A stretch of 64,000 nucleotides of DNA from a virus. Positions 35,101 to 42,700 of the stretch are shown here, piece after piece. The position numbers and the translations under genes were made by a program. The notes under the pieces were generated by a model. It saw only the letters and a program-made list of their open reading frames with translations, did no database searches and was not told the DNA's origin. Location: the IMG/VR virus record IMGVR_UViG_3300021976_000001, one strand, 5' to 3'. Numbering within the stretch: the first letter of the stretch is position 1; every line of letters begins with the position of its first letter.

Positions 35101-36356
35101 CTGTCTTTGGCGTAGACAGTGACGTCCGCCATCACCAGAAAGTAGTCAACGAACTGCTTCTCTTCAATTAGTTCCATCTCGTACTTCACCCGAGCTATGT
35201 ACTCAGCCTTTGTCACTGGATCCAGCTTGCGGAAGCCCCGGTACTTCCAGCCGTCGTTAACGAGCTTGCGAAACAACGTGAGGTTGTCGGGTACACCGGG
35301 CGGCAGCGGGTAGCGCAAGTTGGTGACCTTAGGCAGCCGCACCGTGCACCGCTGAGCTATCTCACGGCTGTTGCGGATGGCTTGTTCGGCCTGCGCCTTG
35401 CTGAGACCGGTGCGTACCAGCCGCTTGTAGATGTCCTTGTCGGAAAGAGGACACAGTGGGATGTCGTAGCCCCAGGTTTGATCTAGCTCCTCAGCAGTCT
35501 TCTTACCACCAGACCGCACCGAGTGAAGAATTGCCTGCATTTGGCCTTCATCCGGAGTGGTGTAGTGCGCATCCAGTGACGCAACCAGTGGAATTCCCAG
35601 TTCTCTTGACATCTTTGCCAATCCGACATTGATGTTGTTCGTCTTTTCAAGCTCAGGGAACGCCTGGACTTCAAGATAGTACGCATCTCCGAGAAGTCGT
35701 TTGAAACGAGCAGCGACAGCCTTAGCTCGTGGATATGAAGCGTCGCCCACTTCAATGTTCTTTCCACCAGTGAGAGAGGTAGACAACAGACTACCCTGAC
35801 AACCCGAAAGCACAACAAGCCCATCGCAGTACTCCTTCAGAAGTGCTCCATCAATGGTCGGTTGATAGTAGAAACCCTTGTACCAAGCCTGACTCACCAA
35901 CCGAAGCAGATTGGCGTAACCGGTCTGGTTCTCAGCCAGCACCGTCAGGTGATTCTTCTTCATGGTGCGCTCTTCACCAATGTCACCACAGTAGAACTCG
36001 CAGCCGAACAGCGGCTTCACACCGTGCTTATCGCAGGCTTGCTCGTGCTGGACATGCGCAGTCACGTTGCCGTGATCCGTCACTGCGAGAGCGTACATAC
36101 CCATCTCAGCAGCCCTGAGACTGTGCTGGGCAGGCGTACCGAAGCCGTCCAGATACGAAAATGTCGTGTGATGATGAAGCGAACAGAACACCATGTCCCC
36201 AGCGGACTTGAGGCTCTCGCCCTCCTCCCAGACCACCGCCTTCAAGCCGGCTCGGCTGAGGATCCTTAGGCGTCGTGCTTCTGCCTCAGTGGTGGAACTC
36301 TTAAGAGCCTGGCTCTCCGAAGAATGAATCGCCACTGTCGTCAAACACCTCCACAA
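32148..36356 (-). CDS. dnaE: DNA polymerase III alpha subunit (DnaE-type) interrupted by an intein
   Basis: PHP motif FCSLHHHTTFSYLDG. The conserved ...AYAF/NAAHCVSYGLLAYWTMWLKRHYPREF aligns with [30 protein letters not shown]. The probable true start is MVFCSLHHH at 36194. Confidence 0.85.
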   Translation of the reverse strand: MWRCLTTVAIHSSESQALKSSTTEAEARRLRILSRAGLKAVVWEEGESLKSAGDMVFCSLHHHTTFSYLDGFGTPAQHSLRAAEMGMYALAVTDHGNVTAHVQHEQACDKHGVKPLFGCEFYCGDIGEERTMKKNHLTVLAENQTGYANLLRLVSQAWYKGFYYQPTIDGALLKEYCDGLVVLSGCQGSLLSTSLTGGKNIEVGDASYPRAKAVAARFKRLLGDAYYLEVQAFPELEKTNNINVGLAKMSRELGIPLVASLDAHYTTPDEGQMQAILHSVRSGGKKTAEELDQTWGYDIPLCPLSDKDIYKRLVRTGLSKAQAEQAIRNSREIAQRCTVRLPKVTNLRYPLPPGVPDNLTLFRKLVNDGWKYRGFRKLDPVTKAEYIARVKYEMELIEEKQFVDYFLVMADVTVYAKDSGIPVGPARGSAAASLVCYILRITEVNPMHFPVLVFERFMDKNRHDPPDIDLDFDDEKRYLIREYLADKYGGDRVGSIGTFIKYKGKNSLNDVQMALYRDNWACRSDLDTVKDLLIERKSGDLRPDATVEDTIEMFPQVADIFKRWPNLLKAQRLEGNVRGMSVHAAGLVVANAPLTDFCAIYSKTDSKGGIKLDPETGEPLQVISLDKYDVEYLGALKLDLLGLKTMAMIRICLEQIGMTLEELYNLPLDDKETLLGFREQDVTGIFQFDGRATRQVNSGVKPDNFMEVADINALSRPGPLHSGATGDYIDVKFDRKPAVRFNDIVDGITKHTQYQIVYQEQILQICRELGEFSYLEAGRVRRIISKKRGEQEFNKLQHKFVEGAATHGMEEADAIKVWSLMATAGAYAFCLTGDAVVQTGGRGSSGGATYTMKQLWEAYNHPDKRNSLRQKLRYGQRGKRITLQQMDGDGRVRPRQFLSIDRSPITQPIYMVTLENGMSFKGTGVHRVLTTHGYTEIFELGVGDDIICEDTEYQYKQPSKVRTEPRKSTYDNSKKGFEKGSGNPSWIDGRTGAIREAEQIVLDRSGNKCESCGAVGSGGKHDLEFAHVVGLTDLGGDYLKYHTPDNILRLCNSCHKKFDYSKGERLGRDSVGKPTVSSGVVSIVSMDEMEYVYMIEMNDNNHNYIANGVVMKNNAAHCVSYGLLAYWTMWLKRHYPREFFIACLRKFDDKQLSLLRDALSHDIPHSSIGLDSEITWSVGGRGIQAGWLQVPGIGEVKARAITDFLRDADNGTTWKHLSRISGIGPKTVTTITDFAEEEDPFGVHRLKKKLHVIRTVLNSGVDMIDEDGRFRSPGQTYRLPAPTATSEDIPYDKTETDFECVWLGVIKYRNLKDLFEVHHSKTGEVLDPNDVKRPDLNEWVTMEGEDETGTVHISVNRFVYNTWRDDVWSIDIENDAVLIKGKKWHGISRRMLSVNYLWVLED
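33018..33869 (-). mobile_element. intein (~284 aa) with an HNH endonuclease domain
   Basis: Block A CLTGDAVV, block B TGVH, HNH motif CESCG...H...N...CNSCH, and C-terminal YIANGVVMKN. Removing it leaves a DnaE of about 1118 aa, which is a normal length. Confidence 0.65.
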
Positions 36357-36723
36357 AACGGAACGACCGTGCGTTGCGTATGCCGAACAACATGTAGTTC
36401 ACCGTGTCAAAGGCGTCATCCAGCTTGCCGGCTTGCTCAGTGAGGAACTTGTCTGCTTCCTCCTGGGTGCTGCCCAGCGTCCACACCTTGCTCACCCTGC
36501 GTGCCTTGCGCATCCCGTCGTAGAAGGCATGTACGGCACCAGCCTCCTTCCACAGATCACCGTACTCCTGCGTACGCTGGTGATAAGTTGCAAGCGCTTC
36601 CATAAAGGTGAGTAAGTGCTCGCAGTTGTCCTCGTTGTACTCAATTCCGAACGTCTCTACCAGGAACTGCACGGCCGTGTACAGGTTGTCCCGCCGTGCT
36701 GGGTCAATCTGATGCATTGCCAT
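36301..36723 (-). CDS. all-helical protein, possibly MazG-like/DUF1599-like nucleotide-associated
   Basis: Start at MAMHQ after GGAGGAGAG. EYGDLWKE...RKARR...DAFDTVNYMLFG resembles the helical NTP-pyrophosphohydrolase-like families. Unverified. Confidence 0.45.
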   Translation of the reverse strand: MAMHQIDPARRDNLYTAVQFLVETFGIEYNEDNCEHLLTFMEALATYHQRTQEYGDLWKEAGAVHAFYDGMRKARRVSKVWTLGSTQEEADKFLTEQAGKLDDAFDTVNYMLFGIRNARSFRFVEVFDDSGDSFFGEPGS

Positions 36724-37396
36724 TATCTCTCCTCCAAGCGTCAACACGTTTGATGAGCATGGTCTTAGCCTCTTCCAGACCATCTGTCATATTGGTCATA
36801 CCAATGGCCCGCATGCCCTGATCCAAGTAGTTGTACCTGGTCCTGACCATTACGGGCTTGAGGTTGCAAAGGGCTGCATCCATCCAGTCGTCATGCTGGT
36901 CTTCCAGCACGGCTACGACCCTAGCCGGGTCTACCTGTTCCGACAAACGCTGATACTTGTGATCGTCATAGACGATGTAGTCGTAGGGAAGTTCGTTGCG
37001 TTGCAACCACTCACGAGTATCATCATCCACGTTTCCCAGCTGGAGATAGGGCCTGGTGGTGGTAACCCAGATCTCGGTATCCAGTTCACGCAGGAGAAGG
37101 AAAAGTTCCTTTGCGAAAGGCATCAACGGCATAGATCTCTTCATGCCACCTTGTCGGTACGCTAGCTTAATCTGACGATAGGTGCGCTTGTCCAGCCCCA
37201 TGAACTCGGCAATGCTGATATCCCCGTGATAGTTATGAACCCAATTTTCCACTGTGCTCAGACCAGCGCCTAGATCAACTACGCCTAACCATCCCCCAGC
37301 AAACGTGAAAAAATGGCGGTAGTAATCCGCAGTTGTACCATCAATGTCCACCGCTACGATCGGGCGAACTTCCTTGTTGCATTCTGTGCAGATCAT
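36704..37396 (-). CDS. HAD-superfamily phosphatase, 5'(3')-deoxyribonucleotidase-like
   Basis: VAVDIDGTTADYY is HAD motif I (DxDxT). ATGA overlap with the upstream gene. Confidence 0.6.
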   Translation of the reverse strand: MICTECNKEVRPIVAVDIDGTTADYYRHFFTFAGGWLGVVDLGAGLSTVENWVHNYHGDISIAEFMGLDKRTYRQIKLAYRQGGMKRSMPLMPFAKELFLLLRELDTEIWVTTTRPYLQLGNVDDDTREWLQRNELPYDYIVYDDHKYQRLSEQVDPARVVAVLEDQHDDWMDAALCNLKPVMVRTRYNYLDQGMRAIGMTNMTDGLEEAKTMLIKRVDAWRRDNGNASD

Positions 37397-38217
37397 GCCA
37401 GGCGCTCCATTACATTCTCGTAGGCGTGATGCGTCAGTTCGCCCTTCTGCCACTTACCAAAGCGTCCCACGCACATCAGGTTGCGGATGCGCTTGTCGCA
37501 GTCGCAGTTCGTGGCTACGGGCTTCCATACCTTCACGACATCTTGACTTGGGAATGGGAGTTGCACGGCACTACCCCACTCAGTGGAACCAGTCCCGAAT
37601 ATCTTGCTGGCCCGGTACCACGAGACAGCGTCGCTGCCGTCGTAATAAAGAGTGTTATCAGGACCCTCTGGTCCGCCTGGAAGACAGCGGTTTAGGATCT
37701 GAATCTGTTGGGTGCTGAACTGATGCGTCACTTGCGTGGGTACACCCTGCATCCGGATTGAGGGATCCAATGTCCGGCAGAGCGCCCTCTTAGGTACGCT
37801 GCTGACAATCATCTTGAACTTACGCCTGTTGGCTTCTACCCAGGTACCATCCACTGGCTCGTTGTAGATCTGATCACCAAAGAAATCCCACAGCTGATCG
37901 TATACAGCACGTAGATTCCAAGCCGGTTGAGGCATATCGTCAGCCACGTGATCAAAAGAGACAAACGCAGGTTGCGCACCCGTACCGTACGCCTTTGCCT
38001 GATAGCCACCTGCGTCGCCATGGACTACATGCGTGATGGTTGAGTCGGGGGCCAGGTGTGTCAACCCTGAGATCGCTCTGTGCAGGTACTGAGCGCCACC
38101 TATGGGCGACTTGACCTTGATGCTGAACACGTGTACCTCGTGCCCACGGGTGTATGCCGCCCAGGCTGCCAGCAAACCGGCGGGACCGCATCCGAGTACG
38201 GCAATCGGCTTAGTCAT
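37393..38217 (-). CDS. FAD/NAD(P)-binding oxidoreductase
   Basis: N-terminal IAVLGCGPAGLLAAWAA (GxGxxG). C-terminal VGRFGKWQKGELTHHA resembles the GR-G-Y tail of the Glf/amine-oxidase fold. Confidence 0.6.
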   Translation of the reverse strand: MTKPIAVLGCGPAGLLAAWAAYTRGHEVHVFSIKVKSPIGGAQYLHRAISGLTHLAPDSTITHVVHGDAGGYQAKAYGTGAQPAFVSFDHVADDMPQPAWNLRAVYDQLWDFFGDQIYNEPVDGTWVEANRRKFKMIVSSVPKRALCRTLDPSIRMQGVPTQVTHQFSTQQIQILNRCLPGGPEGPDNTLYYDGSDAVSWYRASKIFGTGSTEWGSAVQLPFPSQDVVKVWKPVATNCDCDKRIRNLMCVGRFGKWQKGELTHHAYENVMERLA

Positions 38218-38555
38218 TTATCCTCCTGGTCAGCCTCATCACGGGCCTTGAACATGCGTTTCTTGACCTGCACGGTTGCATTGTTGAAGCCCTGCGGCTC
38301 AACACGAGCTTCACCCTGGATATACTGGGAGAATAGATTCTGGAGAGGCTTGGTGTTTGCGAAGAAGAAGGTGCAGACGCCGTACTCCCATTGCAAGCCA
38401 ACCAGGCGCAGGCCCGAGTACACGAAGAAGGCAGCGACGGTCGTCTGGTTTGTTTCAAATCTGTCTTCTTCTACTAGTTCATCTGTAGGCACTGCTTCGC
38501 CCTTCTGAAAAGAGTGGGGCACCAGAGACGGAGGGGTTCGCCCCTGGTACCCCAC
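38214..38555 (-). CDS. hypothetical protein (113 aa)
   Basis: ORF track. Confidence 0.45.
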   Translation of the reverse strand: MGYQGRTPPSLVPHSFQKGEAVPTDELVEEDRFETNQTTVAAFFVYSGLRLVGLQWEYGVCTFFFANTKPLQNLFSQYIQGEARVEPQGFNNATVQVKKRMFKARDEADQEDK

Positions 38556-38568
38556 GACCTATGCGGGC

Positions 38569-39321
38569 CTAGAAAGGATCCTCGTCGTCATCCTCCTCGT
38601 CGGCGCCCTGAGCTTCCAGGATGGCGGCGATCATCTTGGTCCGGGTCTTGTCAACGTTGACCTTGCCCTTGACCTTGACCGTGAGGGCTGCCTTGTCCAG
38701 GTCAAACTCTGTCAGGAGAGCAGCGAGTTCCTTGTTGTTGTAGTCGGCAAGAATATCTTCCGTGAGAAGCTCGTCCTCCTCACCGAAATCCTCAGTGGCC
38801 TCTTCCTCGTCCACCTCTTCTCCCACTTCCTCCTCGTCATCAGCGAACTCTTCGCTGTCTTCGGTGGGAGCGTTCAGTGGGCCGATCCACCCGATGGCTG
38901 GCTTGTAGTTGCCCTCCAGATCCTTGTCGGCCTTCACACGACCGAGCACGACGGTGCCAATGGGGCTACCCGGCTTGGTGGCGTCCAGCTCCACATCCAG
39001 GTCAACGTTGCCGGCACGATTGGGCTGTGCACCGAGAGCCAGGGCAAAGCGGGCACGTGCCCACTCGCTGTCCTCGCTGAACGACACCACATCCCACACG
39101 CTGCCGAGCTTCTTGTCCAGGGGCTCACCCTCACGACCAGCAGCGATTGGCTGCCAACGGCAGGAGAGGTACTTGCCACCGTTGGCGCCCTTGGCGGTCT
39201 TCTGATCCAGACCCTTCAGCTCCAGGTGGTACAGGCCGACGGGCGGAGGATCACCATAATCACCGCCTTCCTGTGCTTGGGTTACGGCGCCTTTGCCTGC
39301 TCGTACCTTGACCTTGGTCAT
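38569..39321 (-). CDS. SSB-like protein with acidic C-terminal tip
   Basis: Strong AAGGAG RBS. Long acidic tail ending in EEDDDEDPF, similar to the DDDIPF tip of bacterial SSB. Sits in the recombination module. Confidence 0.5.
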   Translation of the reverse strand: MTKVKVRAGKGAVTQAQEGGDYGDPPPVGLYHLELKGLDQKTAKGANGGKYLSCRWQPIAAGREGEPLDKKLGSVWDVVSFSEDSEWARARFALALGAQPNRAGNVDLDVELDATKPGSPIGTVVLGRVKADKDLEGNYKPAIGWIGPLNAPTEDSEEFADDEEEVGEEVDEEEATEDFGEEDELLTEDILADYNNKELAALLTEFDLDKAALTVKVKGKVNVDKTRTKMIAAILEAQGADEEDDDEDPF

Positions 39322-40075
39322 TGCGTTTGCTCCTTGCTGTTGCGATCAGTTGTTCAACCTTGGGAACTGTTGGACTCTTGACATAACCCTTGCTGCCCTT
39401 GGTGGTGTTCGTACGCAGGGCATGGAACCTATCCCTTGCGAAGTAGTGGCCCGATCGTTCCGTGATCATACGCCGTGTGCCGTCGGGTTGAATACCCAAA
39501 TAGCCCACAACGTTCATGTAGCCACTGATCTTATTGCTGAAATCACCCCTGCCGCCCGGTAAGAACGGTTGATAGATGAGATTTCCGTCCGGGTCTTCAG
39601 CAGTCATCACATGGGCCGATAGACCGAAATTGATGGGCAAATCCACAAACCTGCGAACGTACTCGCCCATGCGATTCTGGAGGACTAGGTACTCCCTCTG
39701 GCTGGCGACGTCCTCAGACTGCTTCGGGTTTTGAGCGGCTGCGTCCTTGACTATCTCGTCAACTAGAACACGGTCCATAAACAGTGTGCCGCCGTCCCAT
39801 ACTACCCAGGCGTAGGAGTGGGTGCCGTATCGCAGATACTGGTACACGTCCGAAAGCTCTTTGAAGCCGGGCACGGACACAACATCAATGCGACTACCAC
39901 GTGCCTCAGCACTCTCCACACCGTGATCGCTATCCATCAGAAGGACCTTGTTGCCGGTACCCCAGAAAGGCGTCTTCCCGACACCCGGATGGCTGTACAA
40001 CAGCAAGTTGATGGTACGCAGGGCATCTTGATCACCAAGCCGGTAGATACCCTCTGGGCGAGAGCCGCTAGGCAC
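39260..40075 (-). CDS. RecA-fold ATPase (Sak4/AAA_24-like)
   Basis: Walker A LLLYSHPGVGKT near the N-terminus, about 270 aa, beside the SSB-like protein and the nuclease. Confidence 0.6.
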   Translation of the reverse strand: MPSGSRPEGIYRLGDQDALRTINLLLYSHPGVGKTPFWGTGNKVLLMDSDHGVESAEARGSRIDVVSVPGFKELSDVYQYLRYGTHSYAWVVWDGGTLFMDRVLVDEIVKDAAAQNPKQSEDVASQREYLVLQNRMGEYVRRFVDLPINFGLSAHVMTAEDPDGNLIYQPFLPGGRGDFSNKISGYMNVVGYLGIQPDGTRRMITERSGHYFARDRFHALRTNTTKGSKGYVKSPTVPKVEQLIATARSKRNDQGQGTSRQRRRNPSTGRR

Positions 40076-40382
40076 TTGGATTCAACCTCACTTCTGCATC
40101 TCTTGGACCCAAAGCACTAACTACTTCGGTGTCACCTTCAGAGTATGCGTAACCGGCTAACTCAACCTCATGTTGTAGTTCAACCGCCAAGTACCTTCGG
40201 ATGCGCTCAAACAGCTGTTGCATGTGCACGGGACTTGAGAAGGTCTTGAAGCGCAGTGCTACAACCACATCACGCTCCTCTTCCTGGACGGGTCGCTTCA
40301 AGTATTCATGACATTGACAGTCGCACTCCTCGGGACAATTCTCACCAAAGTGTGCGCATGCTTCTGTGTGGTGTTCGCTCAA
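40068..40382 (-). CDS. hypothetical Cys-rich protein (~104 aa)
   Basis: TTG start in a TTGA overlap is proposed. Contains CPEECDCQCH. Confidence 0.4.
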   Translation of the reverse strand: MSEHHTEACAHFGENCPEECDCQCHEYLKRPVQEEERDVVVALRFKTFSSPVHMQQLFERIRRYLAVELQHEVELAGYAYSEGDTEVVSALGPRDAEVRLNPSA

Positions 40383-41476
40383 GCCTTCAGCTCCTGGTCC
40401 AGCTCGTGATCTGAGTATGGTGACCAACTCTTGTACTCTGCATCTAACACACCTTGCCAATCGCCGCCCATCTCGTGCACTTCGCACGCTGCCAGGTAGT
40501 CGCAGTCCCAGTCGCAGTCTCTGGTTGGGTTCTTGTAGATGGCAAGGCGGCGAGCGTCGGTGTGCTTGATGTCGGTAGCGGTACGGCGCATACGGTTTTC
40601 CCAGGCCAACACTTCACGCTCACCCAGCGGGATCTCCTGCCGGGTGAACAGCGGAGCCGGCTGGTTCTTACTGGGCACCCCCAGCAGGGCAGGGTTATCT
40701 CCGTGTGCCCGCAGGGCCTCGGTCATCATTTCCACGGTGCGCTTGGGGGTGATCAGCCCCAGCTCGCCGCAGCGGTCCAACAGAGCGTCCTTACTGGGCT
40801 TGTTGAGCTTGAGCCCACGCTCGTTCTCGGGCCGATCGTCTGCCAACCCCTTGCGAGCAAAGTTGAACATGATGCCATCCACGAACTGCTCTTCACGCAG
40901 GATGCCAAGATGCCTCAGCCAGATGTTCGCAGCGAAGAAGTAGCCCAGGCCCTGTTCTCCGTAGTCAGAAATGAGTTTGACTTCCTTGAGACCCTTTATG
41001 GTCTTGTGCTCAAAGATGAAGTACCGGCCGGTCTTGTGACTAAAAGCCAATCCGTCAAACTTCCCCACAAAGGTGCACAAGTAACGACCGTGCTTATCGT
41101 ATATGTCAATCTCAAAGGATTCCTCAGGATGCACTATCTCAATGCTGTCGTCGGCGCCCCAGCGCTCCACATACCCCTTGGCCATTGCGATGCCCAGTTC
41201 CAAGGCGTCAATCTTATTGCCCTCTTCATCCCACTGATCAAACTCTTGGATGTTGTCCACGTACACCTTCTCAAAGGTGTGTGCCGGGTGGATCCCACGT
41301 TTGCGTCCGGGCGGATAGTACCGCTCCATAGCGATGTGCCAGATGGTTCCGAAGGTGAGGGCACCCTTCTTGCGCTTGCGCTGTAGGCGCTTGCGATAGT
41401 TCCAGTGCCACTTCATGCGACAGCGCTTGAATGTCCTGAGTTCTGTACCCCGAATCAAGACCTGAGTTTCTGGCAT
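40379..41476 (-). CDS. RecB-family (PD-(D/E)xK, Cas4-like) exonuclease
   Basis: FDGL...IFEHKT nuclease core, an N-terminal Cys (FKRCRMKW) and a C-terminal CDWDCDYLAAC cluster. Start at MPETQV; the ORF extends to 41608. Confidence 0.7.
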   Translation of the reverse strand: MPETQVLIRGTELRTFKRCRMKWHWNYRKRLQRKRKKGALTFGTIWHIAMERYYPPGRKRGIHPAHTFEKVYVDNIQEFDQWDEEGNKIDALELGIAMAKGYVERWGADDSIEIVHPEESFEIDIYDKHGRYLCTFVGKFDGLAFSHKTGRYFIFEHKTIKGLKEVKLISDYGEQGLGYFFAANIWLRHLGILREEQFVDGIMFNFARKGLADDRPENERGLKLNKPSKDALLDRCGELGLITPKRTVEMMTEALRAHGDNPALLGVPSKNQPAPLFTRQEIPLGEREVLAWENRMRRTATDIKHTDARRLAIYKNPTRDCDWDCDYLAACEVHEMGGDWQGVLDAEYKSWSPYSDHELDQELKA

Positions 41477-41559
41477 GCTTGCTCTTTCTGTGATGCTAGA
41501 TAAATCGGAGGAGACCGGGATGACCGTCCACCACCCCGATCCCTCCGAAAGTTTGCCAT

Positions 41560-41573
41560 GTCCAACGTTGGAC
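41560..41573. promoter_or_regulatory. perfect 14-bp palindrome GTCCAACGTTGGAC (operator candidate)
   Basis: Read directly, in the leader of the nuclease gene. Confidence 0.5.
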
Positions 41574-41648
41574 GATACCAACTTACTACTAAATGACTCG
41601 TCCGACAAATAGAGAAAGGGACCCGGACAAAGGCGGCGCAGTGTCCAA

Positions 41649-41706
41649 GTCCCTTTCTTTTAGTCGGGATAGTGAGTGTCCCTTTATTTTAGTTGGGATA
41701 GTGAGT
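41649..41706. repeat. 2 x 29-bp tandem direct repeat
   Basis: GTCCCTTTCTTTTAGTCGGGATAGTGAGT is followed by GTCCCTTTATTTTAGTTGGGATAGTGAGT. Confidence 0.8.
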
Positions 41707-41730
41707 GAGGCTACCCCAACGGATCTGTGT

Positions 41731-42189
41731 CTAGAACTCGTCCTCGTCAGCAGCCGACTTGCGACGTGCTCGCCCGGCTGCCGGCTTGGCCTTGGCCGTG
41801 CCACGGGTGGTGCGGGCAGCTGTCTTCTTGGCGCCTGTCGCCTTCTTGGCGGCAGCCGGAGCGGCCTTGCTGCCACGCTTCTTGGCGGCAGGCTTCGCCT
41901 TCTCGGCCTTGGCAGCCTCAGCATCCTTCTCTGCCTTGACAGCTTCACGAGCGGCACGTCGCTCCTCACGAGCTTCGGCGACCTCGTTGCGGTGCGACTC
42001 CACCAGATCCTCGTACTCCTGACTCCGACGCCACGGCACACGGTGCAGAGCGAAAGCCGTGACGATGTCCAGAGGCGACATCTCGTCGTAGTCGTAGCCG
42101 AAGTTCTCGGCCATCCACTCCAGCTGGCCCTCGTGCTTCCACGTCTGGCTCTTGGCGCCGAGCACGACCTCGGTCTCTTCGTCTGCCAT
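41731..42189 (-). CDS. Lys/Ala-rich histone-like DNA-binding protein (152 aa)
   Basis: The C-terminal half is AKKA/KAEK low-complexity, similar to the basic tails of H1 or mycobacterial HupB. Confidence 0.55.
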   Translation of the reverse strand: MADEETEVVLGAKSQTWKHEGQLEWMAENFGYDYDEMSPLDIVTAFALHRVPWRRSQEYEDLVESHRNEVAEAREERRAAREAVKAEKDAEAAKAEKAKPAAKKRGSKAAPAAAKKATGAKKTAARTTRGTAKAKPAAGRARRKSAADEDEF

Positions 42190-42202
42190 TGGTTGTCTCC
42201 TT

Positions 42203-42230
42203 AGTCTGAATTGGTACTAACTAATGTCAA
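42203..42230 (-). promoter_or_regulatory. candidate promoter (-35 TTGACA, 16-nt spacer, -10 CAGACT), overlapped by the inverted repeat CTAACT/AGTTAG
   Basis: Read on the minus strand, upstream of AAGGAG and the ATG of the Lys/Ala-rich gene. Confidence 0.4.
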
Positions 42231-42265
42231 GTTAGCACGATATGAACCAAACACCAAACAAGTCT

Positions 42266-42523
42266 CTAACCAGGGAGTTCACCGTATTCCACAAGGTGAA
42301 TTATATCATTGACTACCGAGCCATATTCTTCGTTGTCTGGGTCAAACTCACGCTTGATGTCGTCAACTATTTGTTCCCGCAAGTTGCCCGGATCTTCGCT
42401 GATAATCAGGTCGCATTGCATGAGGGCGCCCACTACATAGGCGGTGTCGTAGGTATCACCGTGGACCGTATCCACAATTTCCTTGATGACTGCCTTGACC
42501 TTTGGCTCTTTCCACCAGTCCAT
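42266..42523 (-). CDS. hypothetical protein (85 aa)
   Basis: ORF track. Confidence 0.45.
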   Translation of the reverse strand: MDWWKEPKVKAVIKEIVDTVHGDTYDTAYVVGALMQCDLIISEDPGNLREQIVDDIKREFDPDNEEYGSVVNDIIHLVEYGELPG

Positions 42524-42669
42524 CAGACAGCCACCTGCGCCCGGTTGGTGCGTTGCCGCAACTGCTTCCGCTTTAGGTACAACTTCTTCCGGATGCCATT
42601 CAGCAATTCTTCATCCACTGCTTCGTCATCAATGAGCAAAATGATCTCAGTCATTTCCTCATCGGTCAT
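42523..42669 (-). CDS. small acidic/basic helical protein (~48 aa)
   Basis: Start at MTDEEMTEI; the ORF extends to 42795 but there it overlaps the SNF2 C-terminus. Confidence 0.4.
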   Translation of the reverse strand: MTDEEMTEIILLIDDEAVDEELLNGIRKKLYLKRKQLRQRTNRAQVAV

Positions 42670-42700
42670 GCCAACGTTGTAGAAAACCGTGGGTTCAAGG

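Noticed and set aside
41669-41706. ACTCACTAT, the core of T7-class promoters. It occurs on the minus strand in both 29-bp repeats and once more on the plus strand at 49399-49407.
   Set aside because: No single-subunit RNA polymerase gene is present in the window. The flanking bases do not match the T7/T3/SP6 consensus, and the third copy points antisense to its neighbours. The match is probably coincidental.
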